Source: Camelus ferus (Eukaryota). From it: a DNA stretch of 64,000 nucleotides. Made by a program: the position numbers and the translations under genes. Location: contig NC_045696.1 of the NCBI RefSeq assembly GCF_009834535.1, positions 35,590,001 to 35,654,000 on the forward strand, given 5' to 3'. Each line of letters begins with the position of its first letter. Positions within the stretch are counted from its first letter, which is position 1. The notes beneath the pieces are model-generated. The model worked only from the letters and a program-made list of their open reading frames with translations. It was not told the origin of the DNA and made no database searches. Below are positions 1 through 13,215 of the stretch, in pieces.

Positions 1-2151
1 AGAGACAGCCAGGTAGGCTTTAGAATTTCTGAAGAAGCAAACATTTCAGAATAAAAGCAGAAAAGTATACAGCTTGGGTCTGCTATTAAACTGTGGACAC
101 ATATTGATAGAGTTTCTATAGAAATGAAGACTGCCGGGTGATTAAGTATGCTGCATGTAAACTGGACACCAGCAGCATCTACGTGCATTCTTTTACAGCA
201 CGAAGCGAGGTGTTTTGTAGCATCAGTGTAGTAAATTGGAAAGTTAAAATATAATGGAAATCAACTAGGAAATAGCGGAGATGAGATTCCAGTAACGCAC
301 TCCAACGAATCCTCCCCTTGTTGTCTCACTTGTGTGATTAATAAACCCTATGAATTGCCGTCTTCACCTTTTACTTCTCTCAACAAACAAATGAGTTCTG
401 AATTGATTACAAGCGAATGTATACGTTATAATTTTCCTGGTGCATTTCGCTTGTGTAGTAACCGAGCTTCTTTCTCTCCTATTTGAAATCAAGGCAGAGA
501 CCTGTGCATCTGGAAACATCACTCTGCTGTGGTGTGTCACAGTGTGCCTGAAGCATTCCACATCGTTTAACACATTAATGACGCCTTTCAGTCACCACAC
601 CCAGGTGTGGAGGCATATTGCATATCTGCAGCATGAGCAATCAGCTGAACAAAGGCAGACCCGGATATTGTCCTGACAGTTATTCAGAACCTCTGTATGA
701 GCTTAAAGCCTCATTTAATCCTTACAACAATTTTATATGACCATAAGTGGTTAAGTGTCTGGTCCGTGGTTTCACAACTCCCAAGTTCCTGCTCTTAACT
801 GTTAGGATATTCTTTTTCCTACGGCTTTGTATAATTAAGACTGAAAAAAAGAAATATGTAAAGATGGTTATCATATTATTGTACAATCGTGGCTACCTGG
901 CACACAGATTGTATTTTTTTCTTTGAAATCAAAATTTCATATGGTTTGAGCGATGCTGATAAGAACAGAAATCTGAATTGCTTTGTTGGGAATTTATCTG
1001 TGCAAATCTTTTTTCCCAAAACCAAAAAGTAAACACCTATGTAGAGCAGCTTTGAAAAATTACATTTACTACTAATCAGTATTAATTTAAAAGCATTTAT
1101 CTTGACAAGTTGTTATCATTAAGAATTAACCTCCTACTGGTTTTCACTTTTATTCCAGTAGGAAAAAATAATAATAATTATAACAAACCAACAGAAGAAA
1201 AATCTGTGTCTTGTCACAGTTTTGTCCAAGAAATAGCTTTAAAGGGGAGGCTGTCTATTAGAGTAGGAAGAGTTCTGGGATGTGTATCAAAAGAGGCAAA
1301 TACTCCTCTCTGCTTCGACTCTTTGCTTTGGGACTCTGAATAGTTATCAGAGTTATTGTTTTATCTCTTTTGTGAAGCTAAACACTTGGACTAGATAATT
1401 TCTAAGTTTCCTTCCAGTTACATATTCTAGGGAACTAAACTGATGCAAAATATATCATGTAGTCATGAAAAAATAATCCAGTATCTACTTATAATTGAAA
1501 CAACCATGATGGAAAAAAAAGTGTTTGAAAGGCAAAGTGGTACAGGACAGTGTCAAAAGCCCCACTGATGCCGCTTAATGGTGAAGTGATTTTTTTTTTA
1601 TTTTTAAATTTGGTTTGTTTATGCATTCATTCCCAATTTTGTTTAAAAATGAGTTTAAGGCAGTTTTTAGACTAGCCTGGAATCTCTGAATCCTTTTTGA
1701 CATGGATGCAATAACACACACGGATTGTTGTGAGGACTAAAGAAAATGAGAGAGAGTGTACGGGACAGAGGAAGTGCTTAAATAAGTTACTGAGCCCTGC
1801 CTCACATGACCATGCTGCTCTTGCTCTGTCTGGAGCAAATAGACAATCCTTCTTAAAATTGAAAAATTATGAATAAGTATTAAAATATGTGAAGTCAAGC
1901 TCTGAAACACCCTACTTTGATGTAATTGGTTTAGGCCCCAGTTCTTTCAAAATTGGAATTCATAAGTGTGGTGTAAAACAACTGTCAATATAATAAACCA
2001 TTCTTACTTCCCTAACTACCAGCACCCACATATGCATATATACTGACCTAGTGTTAGCACTGAGGTGCCCATGGGAAGGTCATATTTGTCTATAACTCTG
2101 AGACTTTGGCTAGGACAAGACCCAAAGGCATCCATAAAAAAAAGAATAGAA

Positions 2152-2372
2152 TTGGGGTCTGACATTTGCAGGTGTTGGCCACTGTATGTAAAAATAGATT
2201 TTTTAAAAAAGTTTCTTCTGTATAGCACAGGGAACTATGTTCAGTATCTTGTGATGGCCTTTGATGAAAAAGGAATATGAAAATGAACATATATATGTAT
2301 ATGCATGACTGGGACATTGTGCTGTACACCAGAAACTGGCACATTGTAGCTGATTATATTTTAATTAAAAAA
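2152..2372 (+). mobile_element. 5'-truncated LINE-1 3' end (artiodactyl/camelid type)
   Basis: CTGTATAGCACAGGGAACTATGTTCAGTATCTTGT...GCTGTACACCAGAAA...A-rich end is typical of a laurasiatherian L1 3'UTR. Boundaries are approximate. Confidence 0.8.
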
Positions 2373-5300
2373 TGCTCAAGTTTTAAAAAAAGATTGGTAA
2401 GAATAATAAAGGGATAATAACATAAAGAATGTCTATAAAGATTAAAGAAAAGAGATACAGAAAGAAATCAAGTGACAAATGAATATTCTAATAGTCATTC
2501 AAGATAAAGGGTTAAAGTAATACACTTTTACCAAGGATCATGTTGTGACATAAAACAAAGATTTTGCAATTACTTAGAAAATGCTCACCTTTTACTTTTA
2601 GTCACTACAATGTTGTTTTTTTAAAGTACATTTTAGTAAGTTTACTATATTCTCAAGATGGGAAAATTTTAAATGCCCCCCAAATAATTATGCTCACTAC
2701 AGATGTATTAAAGAGAAATGTTGCATCTCATGTACTTTTATTGGTTTGGCTCATCATGTTATTTGAATAGAGTTTTGGGGCCGAGTTTGTCCATCTTTGT
2801 TCATCTGGAGGATAATTGTGTGTATATCCTCTAAGAAGGAGCACACATAACGGTTACGCGTGTAGATTTCCAGCATGCCAAGGAAAGAGAGTCTTTATTT
2901 CACTTTCATTGAGTAGAGCATGTTTTATTTTCCTTCTATTAAAATGTTTTCAAAAAAGTTTTTCATAGTTGATATCTGAAATATATTGCCTAATATACAA
3001 TTTACTCCCAGTAAAGAACTAAGATTTAAAATGTAACATGCATCTTTCTTGATTTGAATTGATATGGTAAAATAATTTGGTTTAATTTAAAAACTTTACT
3101 TCTGAAAAGTTTAAAAATGAATCTCATCTGTCTTACTTGAGATGTGTTTCCATTCTAAGCTATTTTCATAAATTCTTATTATTGCAGATGGAAGATAGAT
3201 GTCATTATTAAAGTCCCAATATAAAACAGCTAGATTAAAAACTAGATTTTGCAGCAACTTATTATTTATATGTGTACATGTGTGTGTTTTAAGTCATTTG
3301 AACTTGTATAGTTTTACTCTTAACTATGTTATTTGTTAAATAAGGATTATGTCTTAATAGAGATGTAGGGGAGACCAGAACAGATGCCTATGGAAACACT
3401 TACAGTGTTTGCTACTTATAAGTGATCAATACTTGGTAGTTAATGTTTTTAATGAACATTTGGAACATTTACAACAAACATACTTTTGAAGATCAAAATA
3501 GCTTTTAGTTAACTCCTGGTTTTCTTCGGCAATACGTAACACATTTAATTAGTAATTGCTTTTTTCTGTTTCCTAAGCATTGACTGAGCACATAGTATGA
3601 ACCAGGTACTATGGCTGAATGCATGTGGATAAAATGATGATTAAGATGTGGCTACTATCTTCAAGGAGCTCTCAGTTTAGTAGGAGATCTTAAAGGTTTT
3701 AAGAAACCAGCATGAAATTGATTGGTTTGGCCAAGAAAAGGCAGGCAAGGCCAGCTGCCAAGAGACTTCAATAAGCATCAGCAGCTCAGTGAAGCCACAC
3801 AGTGAAACATTTATCTCGAATTCACAGATAATGCCAAATTATGTATAATAGCTTCAGCTTTTTTTATTACTAAAGGAGAGATTTTTTAAAGTATCTTTTT
3901 GTGATTTTTTTTGTTACATGATGCTAAAAAAAATACACTATACCAAAGATTTTCACTAAGAGGAGGAAAGAAAAGAAATAAAATATTTTCAATTATGTGC
4001 AAATTAAATGATAGTTGTTTGTATAGTTTAATGATATCACAATTAAATGTGTCTGGTTTGTAGAAAGCAATTAGCCAAGATATGTGAAGTTATAATAATG
4101 GAAAGAGAACAAATGTTAAGAGCTGTCTGGTGAAATTTTCCACATCTGTCTGACTTGTTTATCAATTTGTCTGGCATTCATTCTCCTATTGCCCAATCAA
4201 GCTTTTTGTTATTAGTATGGAATTAAGTATCTATTTAGTTAAATATGCAAATTTATAGGCAGTTACCATATAAGGTGTACGAAACTAGGATCAAACCAAC
4301 ACATTATACACCTCAAACTTACACATTATGTGCAATTATATCTCACTTTTTAGAAGTATATGAAACTAGAAAGCACTAAAATATAACTGATAGTGATTAT
4401 CATGAAAGTAACTCTTCATCCCAGGTATTTAAGGAAAGGTCAGAATTTCAGAAATGTTCATAATAATCATTGTAAACATAAAGGTTCTCATTGTTCTGGA
4501 GATATGTGGCCATAATTTAGCACTGATGACATAATAGCATGCCAGGTTTGACTACTTTTTCAGGTAATATTTGTGAGGACATCCATGATTACAAATATTG
4601 ACTATTTATAAATGTTAAAAGATATTGCTCACTCTCGCTATTAAAATTTAAAAAAAAAAACTGTTGAAATGAGTTTCAAAAAGAGAAATCCATGAGAGGA
4701 ATTAGATAGAAAGAAAAAAGGCTCCATTCTTTATCCAGGTCAATCTTTGTATATAATTGGTTGGGAGATACGAGTTTAACTGTCTTCTTGGGAAGTACTT
4801 AAGGAGATTCTAAAATTTATGCGCATTCCACACATAATGCTGCTATTTAGACAATTATTTGCTACAGTTTTTAGAATACTGAATGAAGTTTTAAAAAAGA
4901 TTTTATACATATTTCGATGAGAAACATTTCTCTATTATCAGTAGTTATTTAAATGAACTGGTAGGCATTTGATACTTTGTATTTATTTGTGCGTATCTTT
5001 GGGTCGTTCTAATAGCTTAAGGGTTAAGGTTAACGGGCGCAAAATCGTATTTATTATTTAAACAATACGGCAACCAGGTGTGGAATGCCAGGTATTTGCC
5101 AAATAATGTATTAGGTATTTTACAGGCAACATTTAAGCCTTAAAACAACCCTGTAATTTGAGCACTATTAACCTTACATGTAGAAGAAGAAATCTATTTT
5201 CAAGTTTAGTTAACTAGCCCCATTTATCTAACTTACGTGACTAAGGAGAATCTGAACCCAGGGCTTTTCAATACAACACTATTTCCCAATTTTCAGTAAA

Positions 5301-5559
5301 CAACTGGATGCTTTCAGGAATTTTGCTTCAACCGTTTACCACCATTTTCAATCAAAATCAATGTACTTAAATCTCTTTTTTTGCCTAAAATGTATTTGAA
5401 AACTTTACTCCTGTGTATGGAAAGCTAATATCACTTACTAAATATTTGTCCATATAACACCTACGATCTTGTCTCAAACCACCAAGGGTAAATTTAGAAC
5501 CCTTTGAGAAATATACTGCTGCCCATCAGCACTCTCTCGTTGACTATTGTCAATATGGA

Positions 5560-5810
5560 GTCAATAACCCAGAGGCCTCCCCAGTTCAGGTACTGGTGAC
5601 TGCATCCTTCCAAGTTATCCATATCAGAGCTGGTGAAGTCATCCTTGATTCCTCTCTCTCACACCTTACATCTGATCCATCATCATATTCTATATAATAT
5701 ACCTTCAAAGTCAGACTAGAACCAGACCACTTCTTACCATATCCATTGCTAAGGCCCTAGTCCCTTCGTATCCTGCCCAGATTATTTAAAATACCCACTA
5801 CCTCAATCCC
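5560..5810 (+). mobile_element. Degraded LINE-2 fragment
   Basis: AGTCATCCTTGATTCCTCTCTCTCACACCTTACATCTGATCCATCA resembles the recalled L2 consensus. Boundaries are approximate. Confidence 0.6.
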
Positions 5811-8244
5811 TTCCCCCCACCCATGCCCTCTCTACACAAACAAACCTCTCATAACTATACTAGTGTTCATTATCATTAATTATCTCGTTATGTGGATTAA
5901 TGATATTTCTTTTTTTTTCTAAAATACTTTGTAACTGATAGTATTTGCTAGTACTTTCAAATGTTTTATTCCCTTCTTCTGTTTTTTTTTTAAAGGAGAT
6001 GGGCATTATTTTTTACGTGACTATTGAAAAGATGAAAGAAATAGCCTCCTATGACCAGATAGGTTTATTTTTTTTAAAACCTCAAGCAGGAATTGCTGTT
6101 AATAATTGTGTGTTCCTAAATGCTGCCTTATGGTTTTGATGACTTAATATGTCAATAGCTTGACACTTGGCATTTTTTTCCTCACTTAACTCTCACATGT
6201 AAAATATTCACCTGCAGCATCTTACCTAGAGTAAGATTTTGAACCCAAAAGATGACACTTAAGACAATTTTTAAAAGATGCCACTAGTGTTGCCCACAGG
6301 CACAACCCAGGTTGTCTTGTATCCTTTGCCCTTTGGAATAGAGACCTATGAGTTCCTAATCTATACATTTTGTTAAGTTTTTAAAGGGGTGTCATGTGTA
6401 GCCTAAGATACAAGCTTGAAAGTTGATACGAGCAGTGCTTTGTGACAGAACCACAGATGTTCGGTGCATGATATATTTATTTTTTACCCCAGTGGCCCTT
6501 ATGAAAAGGTCTATAAGATCAGCTTATAACAAGTCAACTAATGACATGATATAGAGAGGCCCCCGGTTCAGTGGCTGTTATTACAGCTGTGTCCCATTAC
6601 ATATTAGATACCTAGAACATGGTTGCATTCCGAATGGCATTTATCTTTTGAATTTCAAACATTCCTGCCATAAATAAGGATTTTATGCTTTTCAAAAATG
6701 TTTCACAGTTTAGTCTAGGGAATACTGAAAGGTTGCTTTTACTTAATGAAATTCCCCCTTTATGGGTTCCTGGAGCAAAGATGAGCATTTTTTGAGCACT
6801 CACCTCCCCAGACCTGTGTCCTTCTCCCCTCTGCCCAATCCTTGCTATTCCCTTAGCCTGGAGAGGTGATAATAACTTGAGTTTCACAAGACCAGCAGTG
6901 GGGAAACTATATGAGAGTTGGCCTTTGATCATGGTTTAATAATTCTCTCTCCGTGACTTCTTCTGACAGGAGGTATCTGAATCTGTCATAGAATGATGAC
7001 CTAAGTTAGTGCTACAGGGAAAAAAAAGATTTTAATATGGCCTTTGTTCCCAGAGTAAACACTATGTTTTAAATATGTTCTAAGTGAAAGTATGAAGTGT
7101 GAGGACGCCTCCCTCCCCAAGGTCCTGATTATAATTTGAAGGCGCTAAAGACCCGTGCGTTTAAAGCATAATAGTATAAAACCTTAAGAACAGCTATGTG
7201 AGATGACCCCACTTCCAGAAATAATAAGCACAATTATTCCTTTCAAAAATAATTATAATGATCCATCTCATCTTTTCGAAGTGGGACGAGCTGCTATTAA
7301 TCAAGTACGTGTTCCTCTCTTTCTGAGATGTACACGTCTCAAATCTTGAGGAACGAACCATGTAAAGAAGGAAATTCGTGACGTGTGTCCTTGATTCAGG
7401 GAGAAACTCCATCATTTTCCTTTTGTTCTCCAAATAATTGTTTATTCTTGCTGGTGTGACAACTGCTGCCTAGGAGCGAGCCCTGCTCCACCTCGATGGA
7501 AAGGAAGCAGCTGCCTTTCTACTGCAGTTGGTGTCAGACAGCTGCTTTTATTGTCTGTATTTCTTTATAGGGCCTCTCATTCTAGCTGTAGTCACCTGCA
7601 CACAGCCTGCAGTTGTTTTTTTTTTTTTTTTTAAGGCATAAAGGCTATAACCAGAAAGCTTTGTATGACCTCTGTACTGAGCAATGCAGAAAATAGAGTG
7701 GAAAGACACTTTCCCAGAACACTGAAGGAGGAGTAGACACATGCATATGTGTATGGGGTGGAGAGGTGTTGGGAAGTGGGACACAGGGGAAAGTGCTTAA
7801 TATGTGTGATGGCGTGTTTGTGAAAAGCACCAGATTGACAGATGGCAGGAAGTACACAACATGGGAGGGATGGCAGGGAAGCTCAAGCCATCCGAAGAAT
7901 AGCCACCAGAATGAGAGCCAAAAATATGCCAGGCGAATGAAGTCTTGCATTTATTTGTTCAGAGTTTAAGAAAATGTTCTCATTGACCAGGATTATATTT
8001 ATTAACACAAGCCAAAACTTTAGTCCGGTCCATTTCAATCGCCATTTTCCTCCTAGAATTTTAATGAGAGAATTTATACAAGCCCCCGCTGTGAGAAGAT
8101 TTGCAAGATGGTGGCTGTGACACCAAAGGAAACAGCTCTATCAGTTTATCCTAAATAAAGCTATGTATCTAGATTTGCTTTTTTTTTTTTTTCTTTTGGT
8201 CTTGTAGTATCTTTGGAAAGGATTTACTGAGTTATATTAATCTC

Positions 8245-8679
8245 TGTATTAGTCAGCATTGTCCAGAGAAACAGACCAATACGATGTCTATCTGTCTGTC
8301 TATCTATTCATCTATCTATTTAGAAAGAGAGAGAAAGGAAGAGAGAGAGTGGTGTATTTTAAGAAATTGGGTCACATGATTGTGGGGACTGGCAAGTCTA
8401 AATCTACAGGGCAGTCTGGCAGGCTGGAAACCCAGGGAAGAGCTGGTATTGCAGCTGAGTCTGAAAGCAGTCTGGAAGCAGAACTCCCCCTTTCATAGGA
8501 AAGACTTCAGTCTTTTTTTTCTTCTTAAGGCCTTCAAGTGATTGAATGAGATCCAGCCACATTATGGAATGCAATCTGCTTTACTCAAGTCTACTGATTT
8601 AAATGTTAATCTCCTTTGAAATACACCATCAGAGTGACATCCAGACTAGCTAAGTTGACACAGAAAATTAACCATCATA
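8245..8679 (-). mobile_element. MLT2-family (ERVL) solo LTR
   Basis: Starts TGTATTAGTCAG..TCCAGAGAAACAGA and ends AAGTTGACACAGAAAATTAACCATCATA, the antisense MLT2 termini. Flanks ATCTC/GTCCC could be a decayed 5-bp TSD. Confidence 0.85.
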
Positions 8680-8695
8680 GTCCCCCATGGCAGTG

Positions 8696-8741
8696 GTGTG
8701 TGCCTGTGTGTGTGTGTGTGTCTGGGGGGTGTGTGTGTGTG
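8696..8741. repeat. Interrupted (TG)n microsatellite
   Basis: Directly visible TG runs. Confidence 0.9.
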
Positions 8742-11700
8742 ACTGCTATCTCTCTTTTGAATAAATTTCTAGACCATACAGTGTAAGGGGAATGCCAGAA
8801 TAAATTGTTACACAGACAATAAGAATCTTTGAATTTCACCCGCTGACAATACTGAAATTCTCTTTTGGTGAATCTTGATTCTACTTTGGGTGTCTTTTCT
8901 GAGGTCTTCCTTGGAATACAATGCCTAGTGCATCAGAGAACGTCACCCCCACCCCCAATCCTATCCCAAATATGTTGAGTTTCAAGACTTTTGTGTGACC
9001 ACTTATCAAGAGCAATGTACTGTTTTTTATTGGTAAATATTTTCATATGAACATTATACTTTTGGAGATTACTTTCTTATGTGCCTCCTTTGGATAGAAT
9101 TTTAGGAACATTGTCGGGCTTTATGAGACAGCCTTCACCACCTATCTTCTCCTTCTCAGCCTTTGAGGGGCATCTCTTTGTCTAGGACAGTGTGTGACTG
9201 ACACTAGCATCACTCAGATGGCGTGGTTATCATCTTTGGGTGGTGATATCAATGAAAAACCTCAGCTTAGTGATTCTTAAACATGAAATTGCTTTAAAAA
9301 ATGCTCAGAAGCTTTTCAACACACCAGTATGTACCGATTTCAAGCTAATCCTATAGGATCAAACTCTCTGACATTAAGTGTGGGAATCCCTAGCACTGAG
9401 TAGCTGAATCTGGTCCACGAGCACTTGTAAGTTCTTAGGAAGAAACTGTTTTCCCAATTGCCAGGCTGCAGACAGGTAGAAAATCTACAGCCCTCTCACA
9501 TTTGATGTCTCTACTTGAGTTTGAGCTTAGATGAAGTGCTTGGCCAGAGGCCAGGCATATTGAATTTGTAGACCAGAAGATGAGTAAGCCTTCGGGTAAA
9601 AACCAGACTTGTGGATACTAATATTATAGTGGCCTCAAAATGCAACACTTATTTTTCTAGATTTTATGCAAATATAAAAGATTGTCATTATTTTGTCAAT
9701 ATTTCTTGAATCTATTTAATTCTGAAGGATCTTAACATTCATTTGTATTTGATTTTCCCCCAAATTCATTGTGGAGTAGGGCTGAGTCAATCAGTGTGAC
9801 ATATAGATCCTACCCCAAAATATGCATTAACCAGTGTTGAGTTATTGTTTTCTTCTGCATTTCAGTCAATCTTTGCTGCTTTTAAATTTTTTTCTTTAAA
9901 TTCATTTCATAAAGTGACTGTACTTTTGTAACAATAATTTTATTATTTATTCAACTTAATTCCAAAAATATTTATTGAATACTGTAATGTGACCAACATT
10001 GTGCTATGTATTGGGGGGTATAATAATTAATACATGCTTGCAGAAAAGAAATTTATAATGACTTCAACATTTAATCAAATAAATATAGTTTGTGCAATCA
10101 AAATGCATCAATATAAAAAAGGAATACTTATTTCCAGTTTGAGAATTGAGAAAGGTTTAATTGAAGGAGTGGAAAATGAAAGGTAAATAGGGACTTGATA
10201 GGTGCAAAAGGGAACGAAAACATTAAAGACTGGGAACAGAAGCAGGAGGCTGGGGAGGTAACTGTCTCTTCAGCAGAGTCCATTCATCTCAAGCCTAGGA
10301 GAGAGGAAGGCTGAGTCGGGGGATGCGGGCTGGAAAGGTGGTTTGAGGTCTGAGGTATTCCAGGGGTTCAGTTTGCCTAAAACAGACGCACACTCACTCA
10401 CCTGCATTTCCAGACATATTTAGTCAGGGATACAAAACTTAAGTGAAGTGAGAGAGCTACAGGCACAAGAGCAGAGACAGCATATCTGGGCTCAGCTCTG
10501 CACCCTGGCTCCCAGAATTCTGATAGGACAGCAGCCTTGGGTGACTCTCTGTGCAGCAAAGGTCCTGGCCGACTTGGAGACGTACGCTACCCTTGCTGCA
10601 CCCTGCTCTTCAATACTCAGTTCTGTGTTATACATTCTGGAAAAAAGCACCAAGAATCTGCTCTTCAGTTTCAGGAATATTTACAAATATTGAACCTTTT
10701 TGATTCCTGAACCAAGTCAACAACAATAATATCAATAGTCAGAGGGGAATGGGGGCCAAAGCAGGGTCAGTCTCCCAGTGTCTTTGAACAGTATATTTGC
10801 CTCCTGCTTTCCTCTAACATGGAAGTCCCATCTCCCTGCAGAGTCTACCATGCAACTTCTTGCGGGTCAAGCATGCATGCAAATTGCTTCTTCATTTTCT
10901 GTGTAGTGGTGCTTTTGTATGTGATAGATGGTCTGGGACAGGATGGGCAGAAAAGCATGTAGATTTCTATGCAGGTGAATGACATTGCCTGATCTATGAT
11001 TTAGGGAAGTGAATGAAATTGCAAGGGAAACCAAGTGACAAACTAACAGTAACACAAAGAGAGATAGCAAGGTCTAAACTAAATTTGAAGAAAGGAGGAA
11101 GATGACCTTTAGAGATTAAAACTGAAATGTACAAATTGAGCAGATGTGAATTAAAGAGCAAAGGGGACTTGTGGCTCACTCAGGCATGAAAATAATTTAA
11201 ACAAGTTTGGCATAAAGCATGATGAAACCATTGATCAAGATCAGGAAAGAGGAAAACACATGATAAGAGTATTTTGGAATTGATGAGATAAGGTAACATA
11301 TAGGTTGTTCATCCAAATTGTTGTATGAGTTTAAACAAATGACTATTGAAATCAGATTCTTGGGAAAGAACTTAAATATAAATTGTATATTTGGATATCA
11401 TGACTTGAAAAAGAGTCAATATATAGAGTATAGAATTTTTTTAAAAAATGGGACCAAAGATAAGATCTTGGAGAATGGCAATAGGTAGCTTCCAGCATAG
11501 AGGAAGGAGGCGGCTTTAGAATATGTGATTGTAACTTAAGAAACCATACTCTCTTTTTATCCCCTCTTTTAATCCTCCTCAAGAAATACAAGCTTTATGA
11601 AGGCAGGGAACTTTTGTCCACTTATATTCATTGATGCATCGTTGATATATTTCTTCAGAGCTTGAATTGTAGTGGGTATTAAGTAAATGTCTATCAAATG

Positions 11701-12249
11701 GCTGGATGGTCAGTTATGCCCTGTTGGCCCCAGCAGCACAAACTCTTTCCTTATTTCTACAACATCCTTTCTGTCTTTGCTGATATTTCTAACTTCAGGT
11801 TCTCATCATCTTTTATCTGTACTATTACAGTAACCACTAGTCTGGACGTCCTTCCACCTCATTTGTTTTACAAACCGCCTTCAATCTGAGTGCTTTTCTG
11901 TGGCTTACACAGCTCCACATGACCCGCTCCATGCCCACTTGCCATTTAATACCTTTCCACTTTATGCTGTATGAATATAATTTCTTGTCATCTTCATAAA
12001 CTCTTTACCATTTCACACCATTTTGAACATTTTAGCTGTTTTCACTTACAGGATATTCTGTTTTCCTTCTTCACCTATTCATTTCTCATCTCACGAAAAA
12101 TTAGTTCACGAGGCGCTTTCCACAGGAAGTTCAGTAAGCAAGCCTCCCTTGAACCCCTGTAGGAACCCCTTCATAGCTCCGTCACTGCCCTTACCCGATG
12201 CTGTAACTTCTCAAAAGCAGACACCCAGTCTTGTCCACATCTGCTGAAC

Positions 12250-12800
12250 TGTAATGAAATCATGGTGAGATTAATCTTATTGAGTACAGTTTTGATCATG
12301 TTGATTACTTATTCTAAAAGCTTTAATGGCTCCCCATGATACACAGGAAAAAAGTCAAACTTCTTAGCCTGGAAATTAAGACCATTCTTGTGTAGGCTTC
12401 ATGCAAATCTCCAACCATAGTCAAAGATAAGTTTAACTCTTTCTTGTTCTACAGGAAGTTTTGCAAATTTGGTAACCTTCACCTGAGATACACTTGTTCA
12501 GTATTTATGTATTCATCCTGCAAGACCCGAATTAAATGCCAGTACCTCTATTAATTTTCTCTAATTCTTCTCGGTGAGAAGGAATTGTGCTTTCATCTGA
12601 CCTCCCACAGCTCTGCATTCTCAGTTATCGGTGTCTCTTACGGTGCGGCTCTATTCTAATTTACATTAGAACGATATTTTATATGCACTTAATCTTCCCT
12701 CTTGTGCTCTCCATTTCTCGAGGGCAGGATCCAGGCATGGCCCACATTTGTCTCCTTCCTAGTGGCTAACTTGGTCCTTATCCAAATAGAGACTTTTAGA
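12250..12800 (+). mobile_element. Degraded LINE-2 3' region
   Basis: L2-like phrases AAAAGCTTTAATGGCTCCCCAT, AAAGTCAAACTTCTTAGCCTGG and GAGGGCAGGAT. Boundaries are approximate. Confidence 0.55.
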
Positions 12801-13034
12801 TACTTTTAAAGTGAAAGATATAAGAAGAAAGAAGGGATGAGCAGGGCATTTGAATACTAGGGGTTTGGAAGAAGTAGATCAGAATGCAAAAGCTACTAAA
12901 GTTGGTAGTGGGGGAGGTGTGCTACCACTTGAGACAACTGAGAGTGACAGAATTTGGGGACAGAAGTTGTATTGCAAATGTTAAAGGATATAGTCTGGGA
13001 CAGGCACCATGCTAATGGTGTTCTGTGTATCATT

Positions 13035-13215
13035 GAATGCAGTCCTCATGAAGAAAAAACCCTATAAAGCAGAAACTCTTATTTTCCCAGTTTTTCAGTG
13101 GAAGAAACTGAGGCAAGGACATTAAGTAATGTACCGTAAATTCACCAGATGTTGCTGCATCATGATTTGAACTCAAGCAATCTGACCGCAGGGCCTGCGT
13201 GCTTAACCAGCACTT
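13035..13215 (-). mobile_element. MIR SINE
   Basis: CAGTTTTTCAGTGGAAGAAACTGAGGCA core, GATTTGAACTCAAGCAATCTGAC (antisense B-box region) and TGCTTAACCA. Confidence 0.8.
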
